64,000 bases of DNA. Source: Eledone cirrhosa (lineage: Eukaryota). The DNA lies in the NCBI GenBank assembly GCA_964016885.1, contig OZ024744.1:53568001-53632000 (forward strand), read 5' to 3'. Shown in pieces: positions 63,301-64,000 of the stretch. Below the pieces are notes generated by a model, which saw nothing but the letters and a program-made list of their open reading frames with translations, made no database searches and was not told where the DNA came from. Position numbers and translations under genes: made by a program. The number at the start of each line of letters is the position of its first letter. Position 1 is the first letter of the stretch.

Positions 63301-64000
63301 TTTCGATCCTTTCTTTAATTTGTTCTGTTGTCAGTGATTCCGCCCCAACCCTGGGATTCGAAGAGTTACAATTTACCTCGTTTTCACTGACACATGTTTC
63401 ATTTTCCCTTCGCTGACTTTGTGCTAATAGCTTGATCTGATCAATTTCTATATCAGTTAGTAACTTTTTTTTTTACAATATTTCTTCGTATATTGGCTAG
63501 TTTGTTACTGTCAATATAGCCTCGGTTTTCGGGATGTTTCTTTTTCCAATTGATATATGTCTGTTCTGTATTCGATGTATTTGATGGGTAGTACATGGCA
63601 GTGTAGAAAGCCTCAAGGACTTCTTTATTATCTTACCTTGACCATTTTTCTCTCTTTTTCTTTGGATTTCTTGGTGGTGAGCATGGAGGGCAAACAGTAG
63701 GAGTATTCCGGTTATGGGAGGTCTCCAGCTCCGAAGTGATGGGAAGGTTTGAACCATTAGCTGATTTTTCGACCCCAGTCTGGTTCATCTCTGAGGGACG
63801 TGGCCCTTTTTGACCCGGGTGACGGCCGATCCGGTATGAGATTTTATCATTAGACATTTACTTTATTTTGTCGCGTTTTATCCTTATCCGCCAAGGGGTA
63901 ATCATTTCGTGTTACCACTTCTAGGACGAGTGTCAACCAAGACTAGAGGGGTCGTCCTCCCCTACAGACACGGCTATTCCCCGCCGGCCACCATCCCGGT
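60389..64000 (-). mobile_element. R4/Dong-like family B, near full length, runs off the window; ~310-bp deletion near the 3' end
   Basis: Colinear with 37244-40863. ATG at 63857 (MSNDKISY...). The junction at ~60457 skips the equivalent of 37311-37623. Confidence 0.9.

Overview
Gene-free, microsatellite-rich eukaryotic DNA. The repeat content resembles an octopus/cephalopod genome, which is an inference. Almost the whole window is nested retroelements sorted by microsatellite class. (1) ~9-14 kb: (TATG)n tracts hold an RTE LINE with three C-terminal C2H2 fingers and RTE-like non-autonomous units on +, and R4/Dong-like RLE fragments on -. (2) ~15-36.8 kb: (TA)n tracts hold at least four Penelope-like elements (RT + GIY-YIG, probably Naiad-type). 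Their direct or inverted pseudo-LTRs (pLTRs) carry about a dozen minimal hammerhead ribozyme motifs, several with a U3-A8 core. This zone also has pLTR-derived palindromes, and most of it is bracketed by an inverted duplication. (3) ~36.9-64 kb: co-oriented (TTA)n tracts hold head-to-tail Tx1/L1-like elements on + and R4/Dong-like elements on -. tRNA-derived/Nin-domain SINEs and RTE/CRE fragments fill the rest. No host gene, rRNA or CRISPR array is supported. Most short ORFs in the track are microsatellite or antisense artefacts. Boundaries were read by eye and are approximate.
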